Origin: a candidate division WOR-3 bacterium | GTDB lineage: Bacteria > Hydrothermota > Tepidihabitantia > SM23-42 > JAOAFX01 | Assembly (NCBI GenBank): GCA_039802265.1 | Contig: JBDRWI010000050.1 | Location: 1-16,413 of the forward strand | Direction: 5' to 3' | Length of the DNA stretch: 16,413 bases | In this document: piece after piece, positions 1-8,003 of the stretch | How the letters are laid out: every line of letters begins with the position of its first letter | How positions within the stretch are numbered: the stretch's first letter is position 1 | Notes under the pieces: generated by a model | Database searches by the model: none | Seen by the model: only the letters and a program-made list of their open reading frames with translations | What the model was told of the DNA's origin: nothing | Position numbers and translations under genes: made by a program

Positions 1-422
1 TCGTGCTCCGGGTCATTAAAAATAAATCGCTTGCAACAATAACATTTACTAAAGAAGATGATTTTGAAAAGGCCGCAAAAACTACTCTATCCAATGCAAA
101 AATTATGTCACAAAATAATTGTATACCAGTTGAGTTTAGTTCAGTCCCAATTATAAAAGACAAATTCACGCCCGAACTCAAAGAAGACCCTGAAAAGATT
201 TCTATTGAAGAGAAGATAGAACTAACCCGCCATTATAATGAGTTACCTTACAAAATATCAGGAATAATACATACTGATATCGGTTATAGTGAAACAATAA
301 GAGAAAAATGTTTTGTGAACACCGAAGGAACCGAGCTATTACTTGCAAGGCTGAAGCCTTGCCCTACATTGGTTTTTATCTTACGACAGGAAACGAACAT
401 TTTTAATTTGAAACGGCATTAG
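1..422 (+). pseudogene. Truncated TldD/PmbA-family protein (5' end outside the window; similarity ends near nt 336)
   Basis: The translation resembles the TldD/PmbA N-terminal domain (LRVIK...DPEKISIEEKIEL...Y.E....K.FVNTEGT). Just after NTEGTE the frame enters a REP-like palindrome (345-367) and stops at 422. No C-terminal TldD domain follows. Confidence 0.55.
345..367 (-). repeat. GTAG-type REP-like palindrome
   Basis: Plus strand GCAAGGCT-GA-AGCCTTGC-CCTAC is a perfect 8-bp inverted repeat. The minus strand reads GTAGG-GCAAGGCTTCAGCCTTGC, the GTAG + hairpin layout of RAYT-associated REPs. Confidence 0.65.
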
Positions 423-460
423 CTGAAACTTTTTGGAGATTTTTGCGTAATACATAATAT

Positions 461-662
461 AGAAGGCAATTGAGGGCAATACAAGGCAATAAGGGGCAAT
501 ATAGGGCAATGGAGAAGGCAAGAAAGGGCGATAGAAGCAATTTAAGGCAATCAGGGGCAATAGAAGGGAAGGCTAAAGAGGGCTAAAGAAGGCGATAGAA
601 GGCTAAAAGGCAATAACGGCAAAAAAGGGCGAAGAAGGGATATTAAGGGTGAAGAGGGGAAT
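461..662 (+). repeat. Degenerate tandem array of ~10-bp purine-rich units (core GGCAAT), about 20 units
   Basis: agaaggcaat tgagggcaat acaaggcaat aaggggcaat atagggcaat..., decaying toward the 3' end (ggctaa, ggcgat, ggcgaa variants). Confidence 0.9.
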
Positions 663-751
663 GGAATTGGGGATTTCAAGAAAGATGGTTGTCAGGTTGG
701 GGTTGGGATGCCGGTATTATAAAATCGTAATAGGTAAATTTTCCCAAAAAT

Positions 752-846
752 CCATCTCCCCTTGTGGGAGAGGGTAAGGGTGAGGGGTAAGAAAAAGGTG
801 AAAAATCACCCTCCCCTTTATCCCCTCCCATCAAGGGAGGGGATAA
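752..846. repeat. Inverted pair of CCCTCCC/GGGAGGG hairpin elements (REP-like)
   Basis: Copy 1 (752-788) is CCATCTCCC-CTTGT-GGGAGAGGGTAAGGGTGAGGGG. Copy 2 (806-846) is inverted and has a perfect 12-bp stem TTATCCCCTCCC-ATCAA-GGGAGGGGATAA. Confidence 0.75.
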
Positions 847-900
847 TTGAAGTAAATTTAGAAAAAAACTTAACTGTTAAATAAAATATAAAGGAGTGAC

Positions 901-3000
901 ATGATTTTTCTATTATTAGTGTTAATCACAAATAACAAATCTGTTGAGGTGCGGTTTACAGAAATTGCACCGGTGATTGATGGCAATATCGAAGAAATCT
1001 GGCTCAGGGCAGATTCGGCTTATGATTTTATTCAGTATATGCCTTATGAAAAAGAAAAACCATCGGATAATACCGTAGTATATGTTTTACAGGATGAAAA
1101 CAATCTCTATTTTGCCTTTCGCTGCTGGACAAAGAATTATAAACCAGTGAATCAGATGGGCAGTAATGATGATGCAGTTAGTGTATATCTTGACCCATTT
1201 GGAAGCAAAACTACTGCATATCTATTCAAAGTTTATGTCAGCGGTGTGTATGATGATGGCTGGGTGCTTGATGATGGCCGTTCTACAGATTTGTCCTGGG
1301 ATGGTGTCTGGAATTTTGCAACAAAGATTCATGATGACCGCTATGAGGTAGAGATAAAAATTCCATTCAAATCCATTCGCTATAAAAAGGGACTTTCAGA
1401 ATGGGGGATAAATTTCAGGCGTTATATTCCAGCAAGGCAGGAGACTGATTACTGGACCGAGGTTTCCCAGAAAGAAGGTATGCTGGTGTCAAAATTTGGT
1501 ACTCTAAAAAATATCAACCCTCAGGCAAAGGGATATTATTTTGAGATTTATCCCGAAGGCTTTGTGCGACAGGATAAAGATACTGTGGAGACTACGACTA
1601 AACCCAGCGTTAGTTTGAATCTCAAATGGGATATTACATCACAGACAACATTGAATGCAACCGCATTTCCTGATTTTGCCCAGATTGAATCTGACCCATT
1701 TACCTTGAATCTATCAAGATATGAAACCTATCTGAGTGAGCGTCGGCCTTTTTTTATTGAAGGTTCAGAGATATTCAGAATGCCGGATTTTGGTGAAGGC
1801 ACGGGCTTTTATAAGCCATTGAGAATTTTCTATTCCCGTCGAATTGGGAAGTCAATAAATGGTGAAATTGTGCCGATAATCGGTGGACTGAAATTGACGA
1901 GCAAATCAGAAAAATTAAACTATGGTTTATTTGGTGCCTATACCGATGAGGTTAGAGACAGCAATATTGTGCTTGAGCCGAGGCGTGGGTTTGGTGTGTT
2001 TCGTGCAAGATACGGTGTTTTAGAGAATTCAGACATTGGAATGTTATTCAGCGGCACCGCAGTCAATAAGGATACATACAATTATGCAATTGGTATTGAT
2101 GGGGTATATCGGTCAGGACCGAATCAACTTATCATTCAGGGTACAATGAGTGATAAAATTGGAAAGAGGGATTGGTCAGTATCTTCGGGTTATTTTGGGT
2201 TTATCAAGAACTTTTTGACAATGGGTAGTGTTCAGGTGATTGGTGATTCATTTGATGTTGGGGATATTGGTTATGTGCCCTGGGCAGGGATGAAGAAGTT
2301 TATGTTATTTACCGGTCCTTACAAAACATATCAAAAAGGATTTTTAAGAAACCTCTGGACTGGACTTGGTGGTGCGCTGGTACAGGACCCCGGTGAAGAA
2401 GAATGGTCAAAGATAGGATTATTCAATTTTAATTTCAATTTTAGAAATAATTGGGGTGCAAGTTTGGAATTTGAGGGAGGTCCTTATTATGATGCGGATA
2501 CAAACTTTCTATTCCGCTGTGCAAATCTTTCAATTTGGGGAAATGGACCGGAATACAATATCTGGGCTGGTGGTAATGTAAACTATTCTTATAATTACTA
2601 TCGTGGATTTCTTGCATATCAGGCACAGACCTATCACGGATTTTACTGGACGATAATGCCCAGGTTTTCAATTAATTTTGATTCGTATCTCTGGGTTGAA
2701 TGGGATACGACAAATAGAATTATCTCAATCTGGCCTTCAGCAACCCCAAGGATAGATATTAAAATTATGCCGACAATGACCTTTGGGATATTCAATGAGT
2801 TCGTCTTCAATACACCTGGAACCGATTTTGGTAAAACTGAATATTTGAGAAACCGCTTCGGTTTTCTCTTTTCTTACAACTTCAAACCCAAATCATGGCT
2901 CTATATTGCCCTGAATGACTATCGTACAAATCTGGGTCAGGGTCTTGCACTTCAAAATCAGGTCGGTGCAATAAAGGCGAAGTATTTGATATATTTCTGA
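901..3000 (+). CDS. DUF5916-family outer-membrane protein with N-terminal CBM9/DOMON-like sugar-binding domain
   Basis: 699 aa with AAGGAG RBS and a short hydrophobic N-terminus. Motifs: APVIDGNIEEIW, YEVEIKIPFKSIRY, WGINFRR, and PDFAQIESD..LNLSRYETYLSERRPFFIEG plus FYSRRIG (DUF5916-like). The aromatic-rich beta-strand C-half ends in Phe. Confidence 0.85.
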   Translation: MIFLLLVLITNNKSVEVRFTEIAPVIDGNIEEIWLRADSAYDFIQYMPYEKEKPSDNTVVYVLQDENNLYFAFRCWTKNYKPVNQMGSNDDAVSVYLDPFGSKTTAYLFKVYVSGVYDDGWVLDDGRSTDLSWDGVWNFATKIHDDRYEVEIKIPFKSIRYKKGLSEWGINFRRYIPARQETDYWTEVSQKEGMLVSKFGTLKNINPQAKGYYFEIYPEGFVRQDKDTVETTTKPSVSLNLKWDITSQTTLNATAFPDFAQIESDPFTLNLSRYETYLSERRPFFIEGSEIFRMPDFGEGTGFYKPLRIFYSRRIGKSINGEIVPIIGGLKLTSKSEKLNYGLFGAYTDEVRDSNIVLEPRRGFGVFRARYGVLENSDIGMLFSGTAVNKDTYNYAIGIDGVYRSGPNQLIIQGTMSDKIGKRDWSVSSGYFGFIKNFLTMGSVQVIGDSFDVGDIGYVPWAGMKKFMLFTGPYKTYQKGFLRNLWTGLGGALVQDPGEEEWSKIGLFNFNFNFRNNWGASLEFEGGPYYDADTNFLFRCANLSIWGNGPEYNIWAGGNVNYSYNYYRGFLAYQAQTYHGFYWTIMPRFSINFDSYLWVEWDTTNRIISIWPSATPRIDIKIMPTMTFGIFNEFVFNTPGTDFGKTEYLRNRFGFLFSYNFKPKSWLYIALNDYRTNLGQGLALQNQVGAIKAKYLIYF

Positions 3001-3143
3001 CAGGGCAATACAAGGGAATTTATGGCAATAGGGGGCAATACAAGGCAATAAAGGGCATAATAGGGCGGTGAAGGGCAATTTAGGGCAACCGAAGGCAATA
3101 CAAGGCAATTAAGGGCAATTGAAGGCAATACAGGACAATTTAG
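3001..3143 (+). repeat. Second tandem array of the 10-bp GGCAAT unit, 14 units in exact register
   Basis: cagggcaata caagggaatt tatggcaata gggggcaata caaggcaata ... gaaggcaata caggacaatt. It starts on the base after the TGA at 3000 and has the same orientation as the 461-662 array. Confidence 0.92.
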
Positions 3144-3193
3144 TATAAACGGATTCAAAAGTTTACTCTTTTCAGACCACCTGCAAAAGGGGC

Positions 3194-3221
3194 TTGACTT
3201 ATCCCATTTGCTTATTATAAT
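3194..3221 (+). promoter_or_regulatory. Sigma70-type promoter
   Basis: TTGACT (3194-3199), 16 bp, TATAAT (3216-3221), upstream of the 3246 ORF. Confidence 0.7.
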
Positions 3222-3245
3222 GATTCATATTATGGTCAATTATCA

Positions 3246-5204
3246 ATGAATGGATTTAAATTTTTTCTTATCGGAATGCTTACGCTGGGAAATCTCTCTG
3301 CCAGCGTTAAAATCCAGGTAGCAACAACGGTCCAGCTCCTTGATAACGGCAATATTCTTATTCTTGATGCAGGTAATCCTGCAACCAATATGTTTAGCAA
3401 GATTATTGAAGTTGACTCACGTGGCAGTTTAATCTGGGCATATGTGAATGGTGGACTCCGCTTTGCACATAGTGCTGAGAAACTTACCAATGGCAACATT
3501 TTAATCACTAACACCAATTTAGACCAGGTTATTGAAATAAATCAAGATGGAGAAATTGTCTGGTCATGCCCGGGTTCGTTTGATTATCCCAATGATGCAA
3601 ATCGCTTGAGTAACGGCAATACATTGATAACCGATCGTGACAATGACCGAGTTGTGGAGGTAACTTCGGACGGCACAATAGTCTGGGAATACAATCAACT
3701 TGAGGGACCCCATAATTCTGACCGTCTTTCCAATGGCAATACTCTAATCTGTGACTCAGGGAATAATCGTGTCCTGGAGGTTGATTCCAATGGTAACATA
3801 GTCTGGTCTTACACAACAGGGCTTTACTGGCCTCGTGATGCAGACCGTCTGGCTAATGGCAATACCCTGATAACCGATACCCATAATCACCGGATTATTG
3901 AAGTAACACCCGGTGGAGAAATTGTCTGGAGTTATACAAATTTAATCAGCCCCTATGAGGCGGACCGTCTGCCCGATGGGACAACTTTGATCAGTGATAT
4001 CATTTCCGGTAATAGCCGGATATTGGCAGTTGACTCAAGTGGTGCCATTGTCTGGCGCTATCCATCAACAATTCCGGTGGTGGTTGATACAGTATGGATA
4101 CACAATCCTGCGTCCGGTTGCACACTCAATGTTCATATCCACCGACCAGTTGATGCAAGTCCTACACACCGTTTTCCAGGTGTAATTATTATCCCGGGTG
4201 GCAATGGTACCGGAACAAGTTATGATTCATCCGGTGTTGCCGACCGAATTGCCGATGATGGATTTATTTTAGTCCATTTTGACCCTGACGGCAGGGGTCT
4301 AAGCACCAATCACGGCACATATACCTATGAAGATTATTGCGGCAATATTCAGCAGGACGGGTTATGGGAAATTGCAAAATACTTACGCCAGAATCCATAC
4401 ATTGATACAACTGCACTGGGAATCTATTCTCAGTCATATGGTATCACAATGGCCTCGGGTATGTTAGCGCGCCACCCGGCAGACCCGCCGATAAAATTTT
4501 TGTTAGACTGGGAGGGACCGGCTGACCGAAACCAAACTTCCCAGGATTCAGGTGGACATGTTCCGGTACCGGTTGATTCCGATCTGTTCTGGCTGGAACG
4601 GGAAGCAGGCAGATTTATGAAATCAGCAAATGTATATTATATCCGACATCAGACCCGGGTTGACCATAATCCAAATGTAACCGAGAATGAACATGCGATA
4701 GCACTTATTGATAGCACTACTGCAGTACAATATGGCGGAAAGGGAATTTCTCCTTGGACAAGGGTCAACGATTCCTTTATGAATCCTCCGAATACGGTTT
4801 ATACGATGACTAATCCTCCCCAGTGGGTCCCGGAAACTTTACAGAAATTTACTGATGTACGCAATTTAATATATCTACATGAACTGGCACTTAAACAAGA
4901 ATTGCAGGGAATAGATAAATACCGGGCTGATAACAACTGTACCCCGGTCAAAAATCTTTTGTTAAAAACGATATTTGGTGCCACAAGTTTTTCGGTTCAA
5001 TTAGCCGAAAACCAGTTCTGTTCAATAAGGTTGTTTGATTCCTGTGGTCGGCTATTAAGAGAGTATTATAATGGACTCTTGAATAGAGGGCTTTATACCT
5101 ATTCATTCCGTGAATTGCCCCCTGGTGTCTATTTTATTCAAGTAAAGACACCAAAGAAATATGATACAGCAAAGATTGTTCGGATTAAAAATAACACAGA
5201 ATAG
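3246..5204 (+). CDS. Secreted protein: six-repeat beta-propeller (arylsulfotransferase/PQQ-like) + alpha/beta-hydrolase + T9SS type-A-like C-terminal domain
   Basis: Signal peptide (MNGFKFFLIGMLTLGNLSA). Six ~42-aa repeats of type 'DADRLxNGNTLITD..N.RV.EV...G.IVW.Y'. Hydrolase motifs IIIPGG, HFDPDGRGLS, GIYSQSYG (Ser elbow). The C-terminus IRLFDSCGRLL...LPPGVYFIQV...KIVRIK matches the Por-secretion tail pattern. Confidence 0.8.
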   Translation: MNGFKFFLIGMLTLGNLSASVKIQVATTVQLLDNGNILILDAGNPATNMFSKIIEVDSRGSLIWAYVNGGLRFAHSAEKLTNGNILITNTNLDQVIEINQDGEIVWSCPGSFDYPNDANRLSNGNTLITDRDNDRVVEVTSDGTIVWEYNQLEGPHNSDRLSNGNTLICDSGNNRVLEVDSNGNIVWSYTTGLYWPRDADRLANGNTLITDTHNHRIIEVTPGGEIVWSYTNLISPYEADRLPDGTTLISDIISGNSRILAVDSSGAIVWRYPSTIPVVVDTVWIHNPASGCTLNVHIHRPVDASPTHRFPGVIIIPGGNGTGTSYDSSGVADRIADDGFILVHFDPDGRGLSTNHGTYTYEDYCGNIQQDGLWEIAKYLRQNPYIDTTALGIYSQSYGITMASGMLARHPADPPIKFLLDWEGPADRNQTSQDSGGHVPVPVDSDLFWLEREAGRFMKSANVYYIRHQTRVDHNPNVTENEHAIALIDSTTAVQYGGKGISPWTRVNDSFMNPPNTVYTMTNPPQWVPETLQKFTDVRNLIYLHELALKQELQGIDKYRADNNCTPVKNLLLKTIFGATSFSVQLAENQFCSIRLFDSCGRLLREYYNGLLNRGLYTYSFRELPPGVYFIQVKTPKKYDTAKIVRIKNNTE

Positions 5205-5261
5205 TTCTAAATAAATTTTTAATCGAATAATGGATCTATAAGATGAATGGAGATCGTAATC

Positions 5262-5289
5262 TTGATTTTTCGAGTTATTTTGGTAAAAT
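5262..5289 (+). promoter_or_regulatory. Sigma70-type promoter with extended -10 for the lipoate cluster
   Basis: TTGATT (5262-5267), 16 bp, TAAAAT (5284-5289), preceded by TGn at 5281-5283. Confidence 0.55.
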
Positions 5290-5295
5290 ATTTTT

Positions 5296-5415
5296 ATGAA
5301 GGATTTGTGTTTACAGACCGAACTTCAATACCCATATTCAATGATTTTTTTGCCTTTCTTTTTTGTTTTGATGAAATTACGCAATCTTTCAATTGTCCGG
5401 AGTAAAGATGGATAA
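5296..5415 (+). CDS. Putative leaderless 39-aa upstream ORF overlapping the lipoate ligase start
   Basis: ATG lies 6 nt after the predicted -10. Translation MKDLCLQTELQYPYSMIFLPFFFVLMKLRNLSIVRSKDG*; its TAA overlaps the 5408 ATG (ATGGATAA). No homology evidence. Confidence 0.3.
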   Translation: MKDLCLQTELQYPYSMIFLPFFFVLMKLRNLSIVRSKDG

Positions 5416-6973
5416 CAGAACCTGGCGTCTTCTTGATACCGGTGTTCTAACTGCCGCAGAAAATATGGCCATTGATGAGATGCTGCTTGAATTTCGTGCC
5501 GAGCATAAGATACCGAATACCCTAAGGATACTGCAATTCAACCCGCCCGCCACCCTGGTTGGATTCCATCAATCGGTGGAACAGGAGGTTAGAATTGATT
5601 ACTGTAATAAAATGGGTATTGATATAAACCGGCGTATAACTGGTGGTGGCGCTATATACTTTGATAAAACACAACTGGGATGGGAAATAGTCTGTAGCAA
5701 AAAATTTTTTAATCATTCTATACCCAATGTTGAACTTTTTAAAAGACTTTCTTGGCCCGTGATTGATATGCTCGCTCATCTGGGAATAAGGGCAAATTTC
5801 CGGGGACGGAATGATATAGAGATAAATGGAAGGAAGATATCTGGCACCGGCGGGGCTGAATGGGGAGATGCATTCCTATTTCAGGGGACTCTCCTCGTTG
5901 ATTTTGATGTCGATACAATGTTACGGGCATTACGCATCCCGGTTGAAAAATTGAAACGGCATGAGATTGATTCTCTAAAGGAAAGGGTAACCTGCATTAA
6001 ATGGGAAATTGGTTATACACCCGATATCAGAATCCTTAAGGAATTGATTATAAAGAGTTTTGCAGGGCATTTCGGCGTAAAGTTTATTGAATCAAATTTT
6101 ACCGAACTGGAATTAAAAGCACTCCCGGCATACCTGGAGAAATTTCGCTCAAATAAATGGATATACAAGGTGAGAGCCCCGGTTTCTGAACAGCCCTCTA
6201 TTTATATTACCCGTCTGAGCAAGGCAGGGAAAATAAAGGCATTCTTCACTTTAAACCTACGCCATAAAAGAATTCAAAGTGCCATATTTATCGGTGATTT
6301 TTTTGCCTATCCAGCCAGGGCAATATTTGACCTTGAATCGGGATTTAAAGAAATGCCCCTTGAAAAAGAAGCGATGATTCAGAAAATAAAAGAGCATTTT
6401 CAGAATCAGAAGGACTTATACATACCGGATGCAAAGATTGAGGATTTTATTAAGATAATCGATAGTCTTTTTGAAAAATTGAAGCTTATGGAACTGGGCA
6501 TTCCACCCGAACAGGTGAATCATATCTTCCTTGTGAATGGTGCATACGAAGAGATTCTCCAGCAAAGACCCAATTATCTTCTTCTCCCCTATTGTGCCAA
6601 ATCAACGAGATGTTCTTATCGGTATAAAAACTTATGTGCGATGTGCGATGAATGCACAGTGGGTGATGCATACAGATTAGCACTTGCAACAAAGATTAAA
6701 CCAATTACGATAATAAGTTTTGAAGACCTGAAAGCAAAGCTTATTGCTTTAAGAAAAAACAGGGCACCCGCCTATATTGGATGTTGCTGTGAACAATTTT
6801 ATACCAAACATCAGGATGTATTTGAATCTACCGGTATACCCGCGATACTCCTTGACATAAATAATGAAACCTGCTATGATTTAGGCAAGGCGACTTTTGC
6901 CTATAAGGGCGAATTTGAAAATCAAACTGAACTGAATTTAGGATTACTAAAAAAGGTGCTTGATGGAATATGA
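5408..6973 (+). CDS. lplA: Lipoate-protein ligase (Lpl(AB)-type) fused to a C-terminal Cys-rich DUF116-like domain
   Basis: ENMAIDE, RRITGGGAIYFD, NDIEINGRKISGTG and FQGTLLVDFD are LplA motifs; IGDFF marks the LplB-like accessory domain. The extra tail has LLLPYC, CAMCDEC, GCCCE and TCYD. ATG 5408 has GGAG upstream and is preferred over TTG 5393. Confidence 0.88.
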   Translation: MDNRTWRLLDTGVLTAAENMAIDEMLLEFRAEHKIPNTLRILQFNPPATLVGFHQSVEQEVRIDYCNKMGIDINRRITGGGAIYFDKTQLGWEIVCSKKFFNHSIPNVELFKRLSWPVIDMLAHLGIRANFRGRNDIEINGRKISGTGGAEWGDAFLFQGTLLVDFDVDTMLRALRIPVEKLKRHEIDSLKERVTCIKWEIGYTPDIRILKELIIKSFAGHFGVKFIESNFTELELKALPAYLEKFRSNKWIYKVRAPVSEQPSIYITRLSKAGKIKAFFTLNLRHKRIQSAIFIGDFFAYPARAIFDLESGFKEMPLEKEAMIQKIKEHFQNQKDLYIPDAKIEDFIKIIDSLFEKLKLMELGIPPEQVNHIFLVNGAYEEILQQRPNYLLLPYCAKSTRCSYRYKNLCAMCDECTVGDAYRLALATKIKPITIISFEDLKAKLIALRKNRAPAYIGCCCEQFYTKHQDVFESTGIPAILLDINNETCYDLGKATFAYKGEFENQTELNLGLLKKVLDGI

Positions 6974-8003
6974 TGTTTTGGTAGTTGGTTCCGGACCTGC
7001 GGGTTCAATAACCGGCTGGCATATTGCCCGTGAGGGGTTTAGTGTTTTAATGATAGATAAAAAGAAAGAAGCAGGATCACCGGTGCAATGTGCAGAATAT
7101 GTCCCCGCTGTCCTATCAAGAGAAGTATTAATTCCTGGTGATGCCATAGCAAATGAAATAAAGGGATTGAAGGTATATTTCCCCGATAATCGTTCATATG
7201 AATTTTCTATGCCGGGCTATATCCTGAATCGTGCGGTCTTTGATAAACACCTGACATTGAACGCAATCAAAGCCGGTGCATGTTTATGGTTAAAGACAAA
7301 ATTCCTCGGCTTTGAAAACAGCAGGATTTTTGTTTCCCAAAATGGGCGGATAATAGAAGTAAGTGCAAAAATTATTGTCGGCGCTGATGGGTCCAATTCC
7401 CGCGTAGGGCGCTTGATAAATAGCAGACATAAAGATTATATTATCGCATTTCAACAGGAACTACCGTTAATGGAAAAGATGGAATACACAGAGGTCTATT
7501 TTGATAAAAAAATCTTTGGTGGGTATGCTTGGTTATTCCCCAAGAAGCATAGTGCCAATGTTGGATTGGGTGTGAAGATTGGTTGCAAATTAAAGGTCAA
7601 AGAGCTATTTCTTCAATTTGTTGAAAAGCTTGTAAATGAGAAAAAGATTATTAATACACCTTTGAAGACCGCCACCGGTTTGATTCCGGTAGGAGGACCT
7701 ACCAGCACAGTAAAAAATAATATCCTGCTCGTCGGCGATGCTGCTGGACAGACACATCCAATCACCGGTGCCGGTATTGCCCCGGCAATAGTGTGTGGGA
7801 AATTTGCCGCACGGTCAATAATAAAGGCATTGCAAAAAAATGATTTGAATCTGCTTTTTATGTATGAGAAGGAATGGAAAGATTTCTATCTTAAAGAATT
7901 GAATCGGGCAACCCAAAAAAGAAAAAAGATGGAAGAAAACTGGCACCGATTGGAAGAGATATTAAAAGAATGCTGGGTATCATTTCCTGAATATTATGGA
8001 TGA
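6963..8003 (+). CDS. lipT: Geranylgeranyl-reductase-like NAD(P)/FAD oxidoreductase, LipT-like by context
   Basis: YDVLVVGSGPAG Rossmann motif, IVGADG, GYAWLFPK, LLVGDAAGQTHPITGAGI. It overlaps lplA and lipS1, matching the flavoprotein of LipS1/S2 clusters. The symbol comes from context. Confidence 0.75.
   Translation: MEYDVLVVGSGPAGSITGWHIAREGFSVLMIDKKKEAGSPVQCAEYVPAVLSREVLIPGDAIANEIKGLKVYFPDNRSYEFSMPGYILNRAVFDKHLTLNAIKAGACLWLKTKFLGFENSRIFVSQNGRIIEVSAKIIVGADGSNSRVGRLINSRHKDYIIAFQQELPLMEKMEYTEVYFDKKIFGGYAWLFPKKHSANVGLGVKIGCKLKVKELFLQFVEKLVNEKKIINTPLKTATGLIPVGGPTSTVKNNILLVGDAAGQTHPITGAGIAPAIVCGKFAARSIIKALQKNDLNLLFMYEKEWKDFYLKELNRATQKRKKMEENWHRLEEILKECWVSFPEYYG

Noticed and set aside
461..662. 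CRISPR array interpretation of the GGCAAT arrays (here and 3001-3143)
   Set aside because: The period is 10 bp, with no 23-47-bp repeats, unique spacers or cas genes.
2893..3158. Minus-strand ORFs 2893..3108 and 2958..3158 rich in C/P/L/I/A
   Set aside because: They are the translated reverse complement of the GGCAAT array and overlap the DUF5916 3' end.
3166..3191. Hairpin CTCTTTTCAG-ACCAC-CTGCAAAAGGG as a terminator
   Set aside because: The stem is bulged and weak with no U-tract, so it cannot be supported.
6963..8003. True geranylgeranyl reductase for lipid or chlorophyll synthesis
   Set aside because: The fold is shared, but there are no prenyl-pathway neighbours and the gene is embedded in the lipoate cluster. 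Activity is not formally excluded.
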